Shown piece after piece: positions 45,164 through 53,006 of a stretch of DNA of 64,000 nt. The stretch is from an uncultured Pelagibacteraceae bacterium (GTDB taxonomy: Bacteria; Pseudomonadota; Alphaproteobacteria; Pelagibacterales; AG-422-B15): positions 13,232-77,231 of the forward strand of contig CACIWK010000003.1 in NCBI GenBank assembly GCA_902590345.1, read 5' to 3'. The notes under the pieces are model-generated. The model did no database searches and was not told where the DNA came from. It saw only the letters and a list, made by a program, of their open reading frames with translations. Position 1 is the first letter of the stretch; each line of letters begins with the position of its first letter. The translations under genes and the position numbers were made by a program.

Positions 45164-46279
45164 GTGATCATCATCACAACTCAATGCTTTGCGCCAAAAA
45201 TCGGAGGCATTGAATCTTTGATGACTGGTATGGCAGAAGCCATGGCAAAGCGTGGAATTGAAGTTCTTGTGCTAGCTGACGGCAAAACTCATGAAACTGA
45301 TCATAAACAAAAATATAAAATTAAAAGGTTTACAGGATGGAAACCTCTCAGAAGATTGGCTAAAGCAAAGTACGTAGAAAAAATATGCAATAGTGAAAAC
45401 GTAAAAGCAATATATGCGGACTCATGGAAAAGCGTTGAATATTTGAAAAAATATAGAAAAAAAATTTTGGTACTTGCTCATGGGACTGAAATTCCAAAAC
45501 AGTATTGGACCATAATGCTTGATTTAATGAGATTTAAAAAAAATAGAATTATAAGTTCTTACAAAGATGTCTATAAAATTTTGGCAAATTCCTCTTACAC
45601 AAAGGATTTAATGCAAGCCTCTCTCAAAATAGACACAAACCTGATAAAAATCATACATCCAGGCATAGATGTTTATGATGATTTTATTACAGAGGATGAT
45701 AAAAAAAATGTGGCCGATATTATTGGTAAAAACTCACCCATTATAACAACTCTTGCTAGAGTTGAAGAGAGAAAAGGTCATATGTTTATTTTAAATGCAT
45801 TACCTAAGATTAAAGAAAAATTTCCGAATGTATTATATTTGATAGCAGGTAAAGGTCCATATCTAGAAACTATAAAACAAATAACTAAAAAAATGAATTT
45901 AGAGAAGAATGTAAAGTTTCTTGGATGGATAACTGAACCAGAAAAATCATTAATATTAAAACAATCTGATTTATTTGTTATGACTCCGACTACTGTGGGA
46001 GAGTCAGTTGAAGGTTTTGGCATGGCTTACATTGATGCTTCATTTCATGGCGTTGCATCTATTGGAAGTGATAGCGGTGGCGTAAGTGATGCAATTTTAG
46101 ACAATGAGACAGGAATAATTTGTGAGTCTGGTAATCAGAAAATGATTACAGAAAAAATATTACTCTTACTTGAAAATAAAAAGTTGAGAGAAAGTATGGG
46201 TTCAAATGGAAAGTTAAGAGCTAATGAAAACTATGCATGGGATAAAAAGATAATTGAATATCTTGATGCATCTAAATAG
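45164..46279 (+). CDS. family 4 (GT-B) glycosyltransferase
   Basis: GTG start. N-terminal FAPKIGGIES and C-terminal EGFGMAYIDA...G are typical of GT4 enzymes. 371 aa. Confidence 0.8.
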   Translation: MIIITTQCFAPKIGGIESLMTGMAEAMAKRGIEVLVLADGKTHETDHKQKYKIKRFTGWKPLRRLAKAKYVEKICNSENVKAIYADSWKSVEYLKKYRKKILVLAHGTEIPKQYWTIMLDLMRFKKNRIISSYKDVYKILANSSYTKDLMQASLKIDTNLIKIIHPGIDVYDDFITEDDKKNVADIIGKNSPIITTLARVEERKGHMFILNALPKIKEKFPNVLYLIAGKGPYLETIKQITKKMNLEKNVKFLGWITEPEKSLILKQSDLFVMTPTTVGESVEGFGMAYIDASFHGVASIGSDSGGVSDAILDNETGIICESGNQKMITEKILLLLENKKLRESMGSNGKLRANENYAWDKKIIEYLDASK

Positions 46280-46300
46280 GTAAAATATAAAGAAATTTGA

Positions 46301-46345
46301 TGGTAGCGGGAGAGGGATTTGAACCCCCGACCTAAGGATTATGAT
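46301..46345 (-). repeat. 45-bp duplicate of the 3' half of tRNA-Met (att-type direct repeat, distal island boundary)
   Basis: TGGTAGCGGGAGAGGGATTTGAACCCCCGACCTAAGGATTATGAT is identical to 47547-47591. It covers the CCA end back into the anticodon loop, and there is no 5' half, so it is not a functional tRNA. Confidence 0.9.
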
Positions 46346-46606
46346 AATAAAAAAGTTCCGTTATTGCAAAACTATTAAGCTACTGAAGTAATTGAGTCGT
46401 ACCTGTAAAATCTTACAATACCTTACATATATCAAAGTTTGTTCTTGATCTGTAGAATCGAATGGAGTCTAATCACCAACAATAGATTGTGTACCAAAAG
46501 TGTACCAACTGTAACAGTAGGAATAACCATATAGAACCGTATAGAAACAATAGTGTTTATTCTTTCAAATTTAACAAATTAGAGGGGTATTAATTTACAG
46601 AGTCCT

Positions 46607-46894
46607 ATGAGTCAAAACCATAACAAGAAGATTCAAATTAAGTATGAGAATGCGATTAATTATAAACCTGATGCAGATAGTGATTACTTTGTATCAGACC
46701 TATTGCAAAACCATTTGAAGCTACGAGTACTGAGATCAGGTAGCAAGGTTTGGGTGTATGATTATATTTATAGAGGTAAACGAAAGAGACATACATTTGG
46801 AACACTTGCAAAAGAACGCAAAGGTAATGGACTTACACCCGCACAAGCTAGAGATTTAATACATAGTATTTGTTTAACAGCAAGCAGAGCCTGA
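46607..46894 (+). pseudogene. truncated P4-type tyrosine integrase (N-terminal arm-binding DUF4102-like domain only)
   Basis: The 95 codons include LKLRVLRSGSKVWVYDYIYRGKRKRHTFG...GLTPAQARDL, typical of the integrase N-terminal domain. No catalytic domain follows in any frame, and the last 21 nt overlap the 3' end of the opposite-strand arsI-like gene. Confidence 0.7.
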
Positions 46895-47323
46895 GTTGCT
46901 AGTAGTTAAAGTTTCTAAATTATCAATTTCAGTTTTATCATTATTGTCTTTATAAAAAGTATTAGAATGATCTGTAGTTCGAAAAGCCTCCCAAGCAATG
47001 CCACTTGGATCTGTTACCCAAGATTTGTCAGATTTTGCATAACAGCAGACTGTCTTACCATCATTATAAGTAGATAAATCTGCTTCAGAGAGACTTGTTC
47101 TAATATTTTCTAACTCTGATTGTTCATCAACCTGAATACCGAGGTGATCTATACCTTGATCAGCATCTCTTGTTGAAATTGAGAGATTGATTTTTGGATC
47201 ATTGAGTATCCACTGAGCGTAATCAGTTTTTAACTTAGTTGGCTCAGTTTTAAATAAGGTACTATAAAAATTTACACTATCTTGAATATTTTTTACACCA
47301 ATATGAATATGAAGTGTTTTCAT
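46874..47323 (-). CDS. arsI: ArsI/CadI-family VOC (glyoxalase-fold) protein, candidate organoarsenical C-As lyase
   Basis: 149 aa. IDHLGIQV, the vicinal Cys pair in KTVCCYAKSDKSWVTDPSGIAWEAF and the overall order resemble my recollection of Bacillus ArsI (TTCCYA..DKFW..DP.G..WEFF). Extra C-terminal Cys-Cys. Confidence 0.7.
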   Translation of the reverse strand: MKTLHIHIGVKNIQDSVNFYSTLFKTEPTKLKTDYAQWILNDPKINLSISTRDADQGIDHLGIQVDEQSELENIRTSLSEADLSTYNDGKTVCCYAKSDKSWVTDPSGIAWEAFRTTDHSNTFYKDNNDKTEIDNLETLTTSNSGSACC

Positions 47324-47403
47324 AATAAAACATTAATTTATTTTTAAATAAAATCAAGTCCCACTCCATCAATCTAAAATACGGGGGCAACTGTATATAT
47401 AGG

Positions 47404-47431
47404 GGGGTTTGCAAACCCCTACTCTTTTTTT
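47404..47431. promoter_or_regulatory. 16-bp perfect GC-rich palindrome plus T7 run upstream of arsI
   Basis: GGGGTTTGCAAACCCC (47404-47419) followed by TACTC and TTTTTTT (47425-47431). It lies 81-96 nt upstream of the arsI start. Operator or orphan plus-strand terminator. Confidence 0.4.
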
Positions 47432-47546
47432 GCAGTTTTAAATAGCACCAACCGCACCAGTTGTACCAAAACTGTACCAACATTGCTTGTTTGATTATTC
47501 GGTTTTTTTTGTAAAAGGAAACTTGCCCGAAAAACTAGGCTAAATT

Positions 47547-47623
47547 TGGTAGCGGGAGAGGGATTTGAACCCCCGACCTAAGGATTATGATTCCTCCGCT
47601 CTAACCAACTGAGCTACCCCGCC
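47547..47623 (-). tRNA. tRNA-Met (anticodon CAT); could alternatively be tRNA-Ile2 (lysidine)
   Basis: 77-nt cloverleaf on the minus strand: acceptor GGCGGGG/TCCCGCT, D arm GCTC...GAGC, anticodon stem GAGGA/TCCTT with loop ATCATAA, T arm GGGGG-TTCAAAT-CCCTC, encoded CCA. Confidence 0.88.
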
Positions 47624-47650
47624 AAAGATGAGCCATAATATACAATATTA

Positions 47651-48745
47651 CTAATTTGTCGAATGGATCCAACCACCTCCTAAGAGCCGTGTTCCTATTT
47701 CATCTTTACAATAAAAAACACAGGCCTGACCTGGTGATACAGCAGTTTCAGGAGTTTCTAGATAAATTGTTGCTTCGTCCTCTTTGTTAATTTCTACTTT
47801 TGCACTTAATAATTTTCCAGTTGACCTAACTCTTACATGTAGATCATTTGGTAAATTTTTCGTAATTAAGTTTACGTTTTGAACATTTATAGTTGAGGAA
47901 CTAATATTATCTCTATTTGCTACAATGACTCTGTTTTTGTCTTTATCAATTTTTTTTACATAAAGTGGCTCATCCTGTGAAACTCCTAAACCTCTTCTTT
48001 GTCCTATTGTGAAATTTTGAATACCTTCATGTTTATTAAGTACATTTCCGTCTAAATCTACAACTTCACCTTCATTGCTTTCAATGCTCTTATTTATAAA
48101 TTTTTTATAATCTCCATCGGGTATAAAACAAATATCCTGACTATCGCTTTTATTAAACACGTGTAAGTTTAGTTTTAAAGCTAAATTTCTGATCTCATCT
48201 TTTTTGTAATCACCCAGAGGGAATTCGATGAGATCCAGATCCTCTTTTTTCATTGTAAAAAGAAAATAGGACTGATCTCGGTCTTTATCTTGTGGAACAT
48301 ATAGTCGCCACTCATTATTAATCTTTACTTTCTTTATATAATGCCCTGTCACTAATGATTTTGCATTAATTTCTTTTGCAAAAGACAGTAAATCAAGAAA
48401 CTTTACTTTTTCATTACAATTTATGCAAGGTATGGGGGTTCTCCCTGATTTATATTCGTTAATAAAAGGCTCAATAACATTTTTTCTAAAAATTTCTTCA
48501 TAGTCAAAAACGTAATGTGGAATAGTTATAGTGTTAGCTATTTTTTTTGCATCCATAATATCTGCACCCGAACAACATGTTTTCGAGTTTGCAACTTTTT
48601 TTTCATCATATAGTCTCAGAGTGACTCCTATCACATCTTCATAATCCTTATTCATGAGTGCAGCAGCTACTGAGGAATCAACACCACCTGACATAGCTAC
48701 TACAATAGGATTATTTCCCTTTATGCTGTTCACATTGTTTGCCAT
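47651..48745 (-). CDS. mnmA: tRNA-specific 2-thiouridylase
   Basis: PP-loop VAMSGGVDSSVAA, catalytic Cys contexts, 364 aa. Confidence 0.93.
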   Translation of the reverse strand: MANNVNSIKGNNPIVVAMSGGVDSSVAAALMNKDYEDVIGVTLRLYDEKKVANSKTCCSGADIMDAKKIANTITIPHYVFDYEEIFRKNVIEPFINEYKSGRTPIPCINCNEKVKFLDLLSFAKEINAKSLVTGHYIKKVKINNEWRLYVPQDKDRDQSYFLFTMKKEDLDLIEFPLGDYKKDEIRNLALKLNLHVFNKSDSQDICFIPDGDYKKFINKSIESNEGEVVDLDGNVLNKHEGIQNFTIGQRRGLGVSQDEPLYVKKIDKDKNRVIVANRDNISSSTINVQNVNLITKNLPNDLHVRVRSTGKLLSAKVEINKEDEATIYLETPETAVSPGQACVFYCKDEIGTRLLGGGWIHSTN

Positions 48746-48819
48746 ACGATTTAATAATTTTGCTCTGGTATGTATAATATATTTGTCTTATTGTCTATTT
48801 TACAAGCTTTACTCCTGAT

Positions 48820-49593
48820 ATGAACATAACACCTGAAAAACTTGATGAATTGATTAGAATTGTTCATCTTGCGGGTGTTGAAATCATCAAAATCTATAAA
48901 AAAAAGGTAACAAAAAAATACAAGTCCGATAATACGCCTGTTACAAATGCAGATATAAAGGCAAATGATATAATTTGTAAGGGCTTAGAAAGACATTTTC
49001 CTGATATTTCTATTGTCTCTGAAGAGCAAGTTAAAAAAGGTAGAGCTGCTCAAAGATTTTGGTTAGTAGACCCACTAGATGGCACAAAAGAATTTTTAAA
49101 AGGTAACGGCGAATTTACTGTAAATATTGGCCTTATTGAAAATAAAAAACCAATTTTTGGTATTATTTATATGCCAACTAAAAATAAGCTTTATTTCACA
49201 AAAGATAAAAAATCTTATTTTTCAAAATTGAATAAAAATGGACAAGTTAATAATATTAAAAAAATTAAAGTTAAAAAAAGAAATAAAAACATTATCATTT
49301 TAAGTAGATCTCATTCACTTGCTAAGAGTGAACTGGAAAAAGCCAAAAAAATGGTTTTAAAAAGATTCAATGCTAATAAAATACTGCGTTCAGGAAGTTC
49401 AATAAAATTATGTTACATCGCGCATGGCTTAGCTAATGTATACCCTCGTTTTGGAACTACAATGGAATGGGATACAGCCGCTGGAGATGCTATATTAAGA
49501 TTTGCGGGTGGCAGAATAAGAACATTAGATCGCAAAATTTTGCGTTATGGTAAGCGTAATTTTAGAAACTCTTCTTTTATCGCTCGTAGCTAA
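48820..49593 (+). CDS. cysQ: 3'(2'),5'-bisphosphate nucleotidase / inositol monophosphatase family
   Basis: Metal-binding motifs SEE... and WLVDPLDGTKEF, and C-terminal WDTAAGDAIL. Confidence 0.82.
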   Translation: MNITPEKLDELIRIVHLAGVEIIKIYKKKVTKKYKSDNTPVTNADIKANDIICKGLERHFPDISIVSEEQVKKGRAAQRFWLVDPLDGTKEFLKGNGEFTVNIGLIENKKPIFGIIYMPTKNKLYFTKDKKSYFSKLNKNGQVNNIKKIKVKKRNKNIIILSRSHSLAKSELEKAKKMVLKRFNANKILRSGSSIKLCYIAHGLANVYPRFGTTMEWDTAAGDAILRFAGGRIRTLDRKILRYGKRNFRNSSFIARS

Positions 49594-50900
49594 TTAAAAC
49601 TTATTGGATTACCAAATACTGACTTATTAATTTTATTTTTCCAAAATGCTGCTTTACCATTTATTATTGTTCCAACAGGCCAACCTTTAAGTTTCATGCC
49701 ATTGAAAGGTGTCCATCCACACTTTGTTTTCATATCTTTATTCAAAACTTTTTTAGTTTTATTCATATCAACAATTGTTAGATCTGCGTCATAACCAACT
49801 TTAATTAAGCCTTTATTTTTAATCTTAAAAATTTTTTTAGGATTAAAGCTTGTTAGTTTCACTACTTCATTGAGTGAAATTGTCTTTTTTGTGACCTCAT
49901 TTAAAAGAATGGGAAGTAGAGTTTGAACTCCCGGCATTCCTGATGGACTATTTGGATAAATTTGATTTTTTTCAGATTTTAAATGAGGAGCGTGATCTGA
50001 TCCAATAATATCAATTTGGCCTTTTTGTAATGTTTTTCTAAGAACATTTCTGTGTCTAATTCCTCTAATAGGTGGATTCATCTGAGCGTAAGTGCCCAGT
50101 TTTTTATAACAATCTGGTGATGCCAATATTAGGTGCTGAGGAGTTACTTCAAATGAGACATATTTTCTATTTTTTAGTAGCAATTTTATTTCTTCTGCCG
50201 TTGTTATATGAAGTACATGTATTTTTTTCTTACTTCTATTAGCTGAACTGATCAGCTTTCTAGTAGAACTTAAGGCTGTATCTTCATTTCGCCACACTTG
50301 ATGGCTCAATGGCCTCCCTTTTTTAGCATATTTTTTTCTAGTAATAAGCATATCTTCATTTTCAGAATGGAATGAGATCATTTTATTAGTTGATCTCATA
50401 ATTTTTTCAATATCAGTATGGTTTGAAACGAGTAATGTGCCAGTTGAAGAGCCAACAAAAACCTTTACGCCACAACAACCTTTTACTTTTTCAACTTTTT
50501 TAATTTCCTTAATGTTATCTTTCTCAGCTCCAAAATAAAAAGCGTAGTTGCAATGCATTCTCTTTTTTGCAGTCTGTAGTTTCTTCATAAAAAGCTTTTT
50601 TGTTGTAATGCTAGGCTTGTTATTAGGCATATCAAAAACTGAGGTTATCCCTCCTGCAACAGCAGCTAAGCTTCCAGTTTTGAGGTTTTCTTTTTTAGTA
50701 TTGCCCGGCTCTCTAAAATGAACTTGTGTATCAAAAGCACCAGGCAGAATATGTAAACCTTTTGCATCAATAGTTCTTTTTGATTTCAGATTAGTAAGTT
50801 TACCAATTTTAAAAATTTTTCCATTTTTAATGGCAATATCATCTAACCTCTCATTGTTATGAGTTACAATCTTTCCGTTTCTTATAATTAAATCAATCAT
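49590..50900 (-). CDS. pyrC: dihydroorotase (amidohydrolase, class I type)
   Basis: 436 aa. Metal-binding DTQVHFREPG, GSDHAPH and DADLTIVD motifs. Confidence 0.85.
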   Translation of the reverse strand: MIDLIIRNGKIVTHNNERLDDIAIKNGKIFKIGKLTNLKSKRTIDAKGLHILPGAFDTQVHFREPGNTKKENLKTGSLAAVAGGITSVFDMPNNKPSITTKKLFMKKLQTAKKRMHCNYAFYFGAEKDNIKEIKKVEKVKGCCGVKVFVGSSTGTLLVSNHTDIEKIMRSTNKMISFHSENEDMLITRKKYAKKGRPLSHQVWRNEDTALSSTRKLISSANRSKKKIHVLHITTAEEIKLLLKNRKYVSFEVTPQHLILASPDCYKKLGTYAQMNPPIRGIRHRNVLRKTLQKGQIDIIGSDHAPHLKSEKNQIYPNSPSGMPGVQTLLPILLNEVTKKTISLNEVVKLTSFNPKKIFKIKNKGLIKVGYDADLTIVDMNKTKKVLNKDMKTKCGWTPFNGMKLKGWPVGTIINGKAAFWKNKINKSVFGNPISFN

Positions 50901-51784
50901 GACAGAGTTTCTTTTATGCTATTTATCACTTTCTCAACAGATAAATTTTCAAGTTCATGATCTAGCATATCATTATTAGATTTAATCACAGCATGATTTC
51001 CCCATGGTCCATACACTAAGTCGTTTGTGGGTCCAAAAAGGGCAAAAGTTTTACATCCAGCTGATGCCGATAGATGCATTAGTCCGCTATCACTGCCAAT
51101 AAAAAAATCACATTTTTCAAATATTGGCACCATATGTCTAAGATTTCCCCAGTCAAACAAATTTATGATTTTAAGGCTTGATGAATTTAAGAAATCGTCA
51201 AACTCTTCTTTATTTCGAATGTCATTCGAAATACCAGTTAAAATTATTGTATAACTTTTAAAAAATTCATTTTCAAGTAAAGTCTTGTATTTTTTTATTG
51301 ACCAATCTTTTTTTGACCAGTTTGAATAAGGTGCAACGGCAATCATGCGTTGATTATTAGAAATTTTTACTAAGCTTTTTGAGCTAACTTCAGTGTCATA
51401 CCAAACTTTTGGAACTATTGCTTTATCAGTATTTAAGAATTTTTTAAACTGTATAAGTTTATGAAAATTGTTGTTACCTTTGAATATTTTCCTAGTCCTG
51501 GTAGCAAGTAAATAAGATATAATTGAAGATCTTAAATCAATCACAAGATCCCACCTTTTAAAAAAAGAGAATCTAATTATATCTAACCAATGCAAACCAT
51601 ATCTTTTTTTATTAACAACTAAAATTTTAGATAGTCTTGGCATATTGACGTATATGTCTTTAGCAAATGGACTCGTGATTACAGAAAAACTACAATCATC
51701 ATATTTCTGTAAATAGAAATTTATTATTGATGTGGAAAGAATGGTATCCCCTATTCTTGTGGGTCCTATAAAAAGGATTTTCAT
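50897..51784 (-). CDS. family 9 glycosyltransferase (heptosyltransferase-like)
   Basis: N-terminal MKILFIGPTRIGDTILS and C-terminal GSDSGLMHLSAS...FGPT are typical of GT9. Confidence 0.78.
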   Translation of the reverse strand: MKILFIGPTRIGDTILSTSIINFYLQKYDDCSFSVITSPFAKDIYVNMPRLSKILVVNKKRYGLHWLDIIRFSFFKRWDLVIDLRSSIISYLLATRTRKIFKGNNNFHKLIQFKKFLNTDKAIVPKVWYDTEVSSKSLVKISNNQRMIAVAPYSNWSKKDWSIKKYKTLLENEFFKSYTIILTGISNDIRNKEEFDDFLNSSSLKIINLFDWGNLRHMVPIFEKCDFFIGSDSGLMHLSASAGCKTFALFGPTNDLVYGPWGNHAVIKSNNDMLDHELENLSVEKVINSIKETLS

Positions 51785-51807
51785 CTTATTCTGTACCTTT
51801 TAACATA

Positions 51808-51893
51808 TGGTGCCGTCGGAGAGACTCGAACTCTCACGAACTATGTTCACTGATCCCTCAAACCAGCCTGTCTACCAATTCCAGCACGACGGC
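51808..51893 (-). tRNA. tRNA-Leu (anticodon GAG)
   Basis: 86-nt class II tRNA: acceptor GCCGTCG/CGACGGC, anticodon stem CTGGT/ATCAG with loop TTGAGGG, long variable arm, T arm GAGAG-TTCGAGT-CTCTC, encoded CCA. Confidence 0.9.
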
Positions 51894-51983
51894 AGATTTC
51901 CATGTTTTTCCTATAATTGTTGATATGTTGAAATATATACATTTAACTATAATTGTAATATTAAACTATATTAAAAAATAATT

Positions 51984-53006
51984 ATGTTGAATGAAAATTT
52001 GCAATATCCATCGGATTTTAATTCTGAAGTAAAAGATGCAACGGCTCATCTATATAAGGGTGTAGAGAAAATAATACCTGAAGTTGAGTGGCCATTTCAT
52101 GCTCCGCTTATACATGAAATAAATAAACTGAAAAAAGAAAAAAATATTGCAATTTTAACTCACAATTATCAGACACCTGAAATCTTTCACTGCGTATCTG
52201 ACATCGTTGGTGACTCATTAAAATTGGCTTATGAGGCAAGAGACTCTGAAGCGGATACAATAATAGTTTGTGGCGTTCATTTTATGGCTGAAACAGCAAA
52301 AATACTTAGCCCAGACAAAAATGTTTTAATTCCAGATACTCGCGCAGGATGTTCTTTATCGGAGTCGATAACCGCGGAAGACATAAGATTATTAAAGCAA
52401 AAATATCCTGGCGTACCAGTCGTTACATATGTAAACACATCAGCTGATGTAAAAGCAGAAACAGATGTGTGCTGTACATCCGGAAATGCAAAACATGTGG
52501 TAGAATCTTTAGGTGTTGATAAAGTTATATTTCTACCTGACGAATACCTTGCAAAAAATATTGCAGCTCAAACAGATGTGAAAATTATTTCTTGGAAAGG
52601 GCGATGTGAGGTTCATGAGAGATTTACTGCAGATGAAATAATGGCATATAAAAAACAACATAAAGATATTGTTGTATTAGCTCATCCCGAATGTTCTCCT
52701 GAAGTAATTGCAGTAAGTGACTTCGCTGGCTCAACGGCTGGAATGAGTAATTATGTTAAAGACAATCAACCTGGAAAGGTAATTATGGTTACGGAATGCT
52801 CAATGAGTGACAATGTTGCCATAGAGAATCCTAATGTCGAATTTATTAGACCTTGCAATTTATGTCCGCATATGAAAAGAATTTCTCTAAAGAAGATTTA
52901 TGACGCAATACGATTTAACCAATATCAAATTCAAGTTGATAAGGTAATTATTGATAAAGCTCGTCTTTCAATTGATCGTATGCTTGAAATTGGCAGAAGC
53001 AGCTAA
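51984..53006 (+). CDS. nadA: quinolinate synthase
   Basis: 340 aa. HNYQ, VHFMAET and conserved Fe-S Cys contexts. First gene of the nadA-nadB-nadC string. Confidence 0.93.
   Translation: MLNENLQYPSDFNSEVKDATAHLYKGVEKIIPEVEWPFHAPLIHEINKLKKEKNIAILTHNYQTPEIFHCVSDIVGDSLKLAYEARDSEADTIIVCGVHFMAETAKILSPDKNVLIPDTRAGCSLSESITAEDIRLLKQKYPGVPVVTYVNTSADVKAETDVCCTSGNAKHVVESLGVDKVIFLPDEYLAKNIAAQTDVKIISWKGRCEVHERFTADEIMAYKKQHKDIVVLAHPECSPEVIAVSDFAGSTAGMSNYVKDNQPGKVIMVTECSMSDNVAIENPNVEFIRPCNLCPHMKRISLKKIYDAIRFNQYQIQVDKVIIDKARLSIDRMLEIGRSS

Larger units (their letters stand above)
46301..47546. mobile_element. decayed tRNA-Met-associated integrative island (about 1.2 kb)
   Basis: Bounded by the 45-bp direct repeat and the intact tRNA. 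It contains an integrase stump, one cargo gene (arsI-like) and unusually long non-coding stretches with tandem short repeats. Confidence 0.75.

Noticed and set aside
47277-47483. 68-aa minus-strand ORF upstream of and overlapping the arsI start.
   Set aside because: It overlaps the arsI start, the palindrome and the TGTACCAA repeats. Its composition is Trp/Cys/Tyr-rich and odd, with no ribosome-binding site. It most likely reflects non-coding island DNA.
51894-51983. NAD+ (nadA-motif) riboswitch upstream of nadA.
   Set aside because: The 90-nt spacer is AT-rich promoter-like sequence with no tandem stem-bulge domains. That motif is known from a different phylum.
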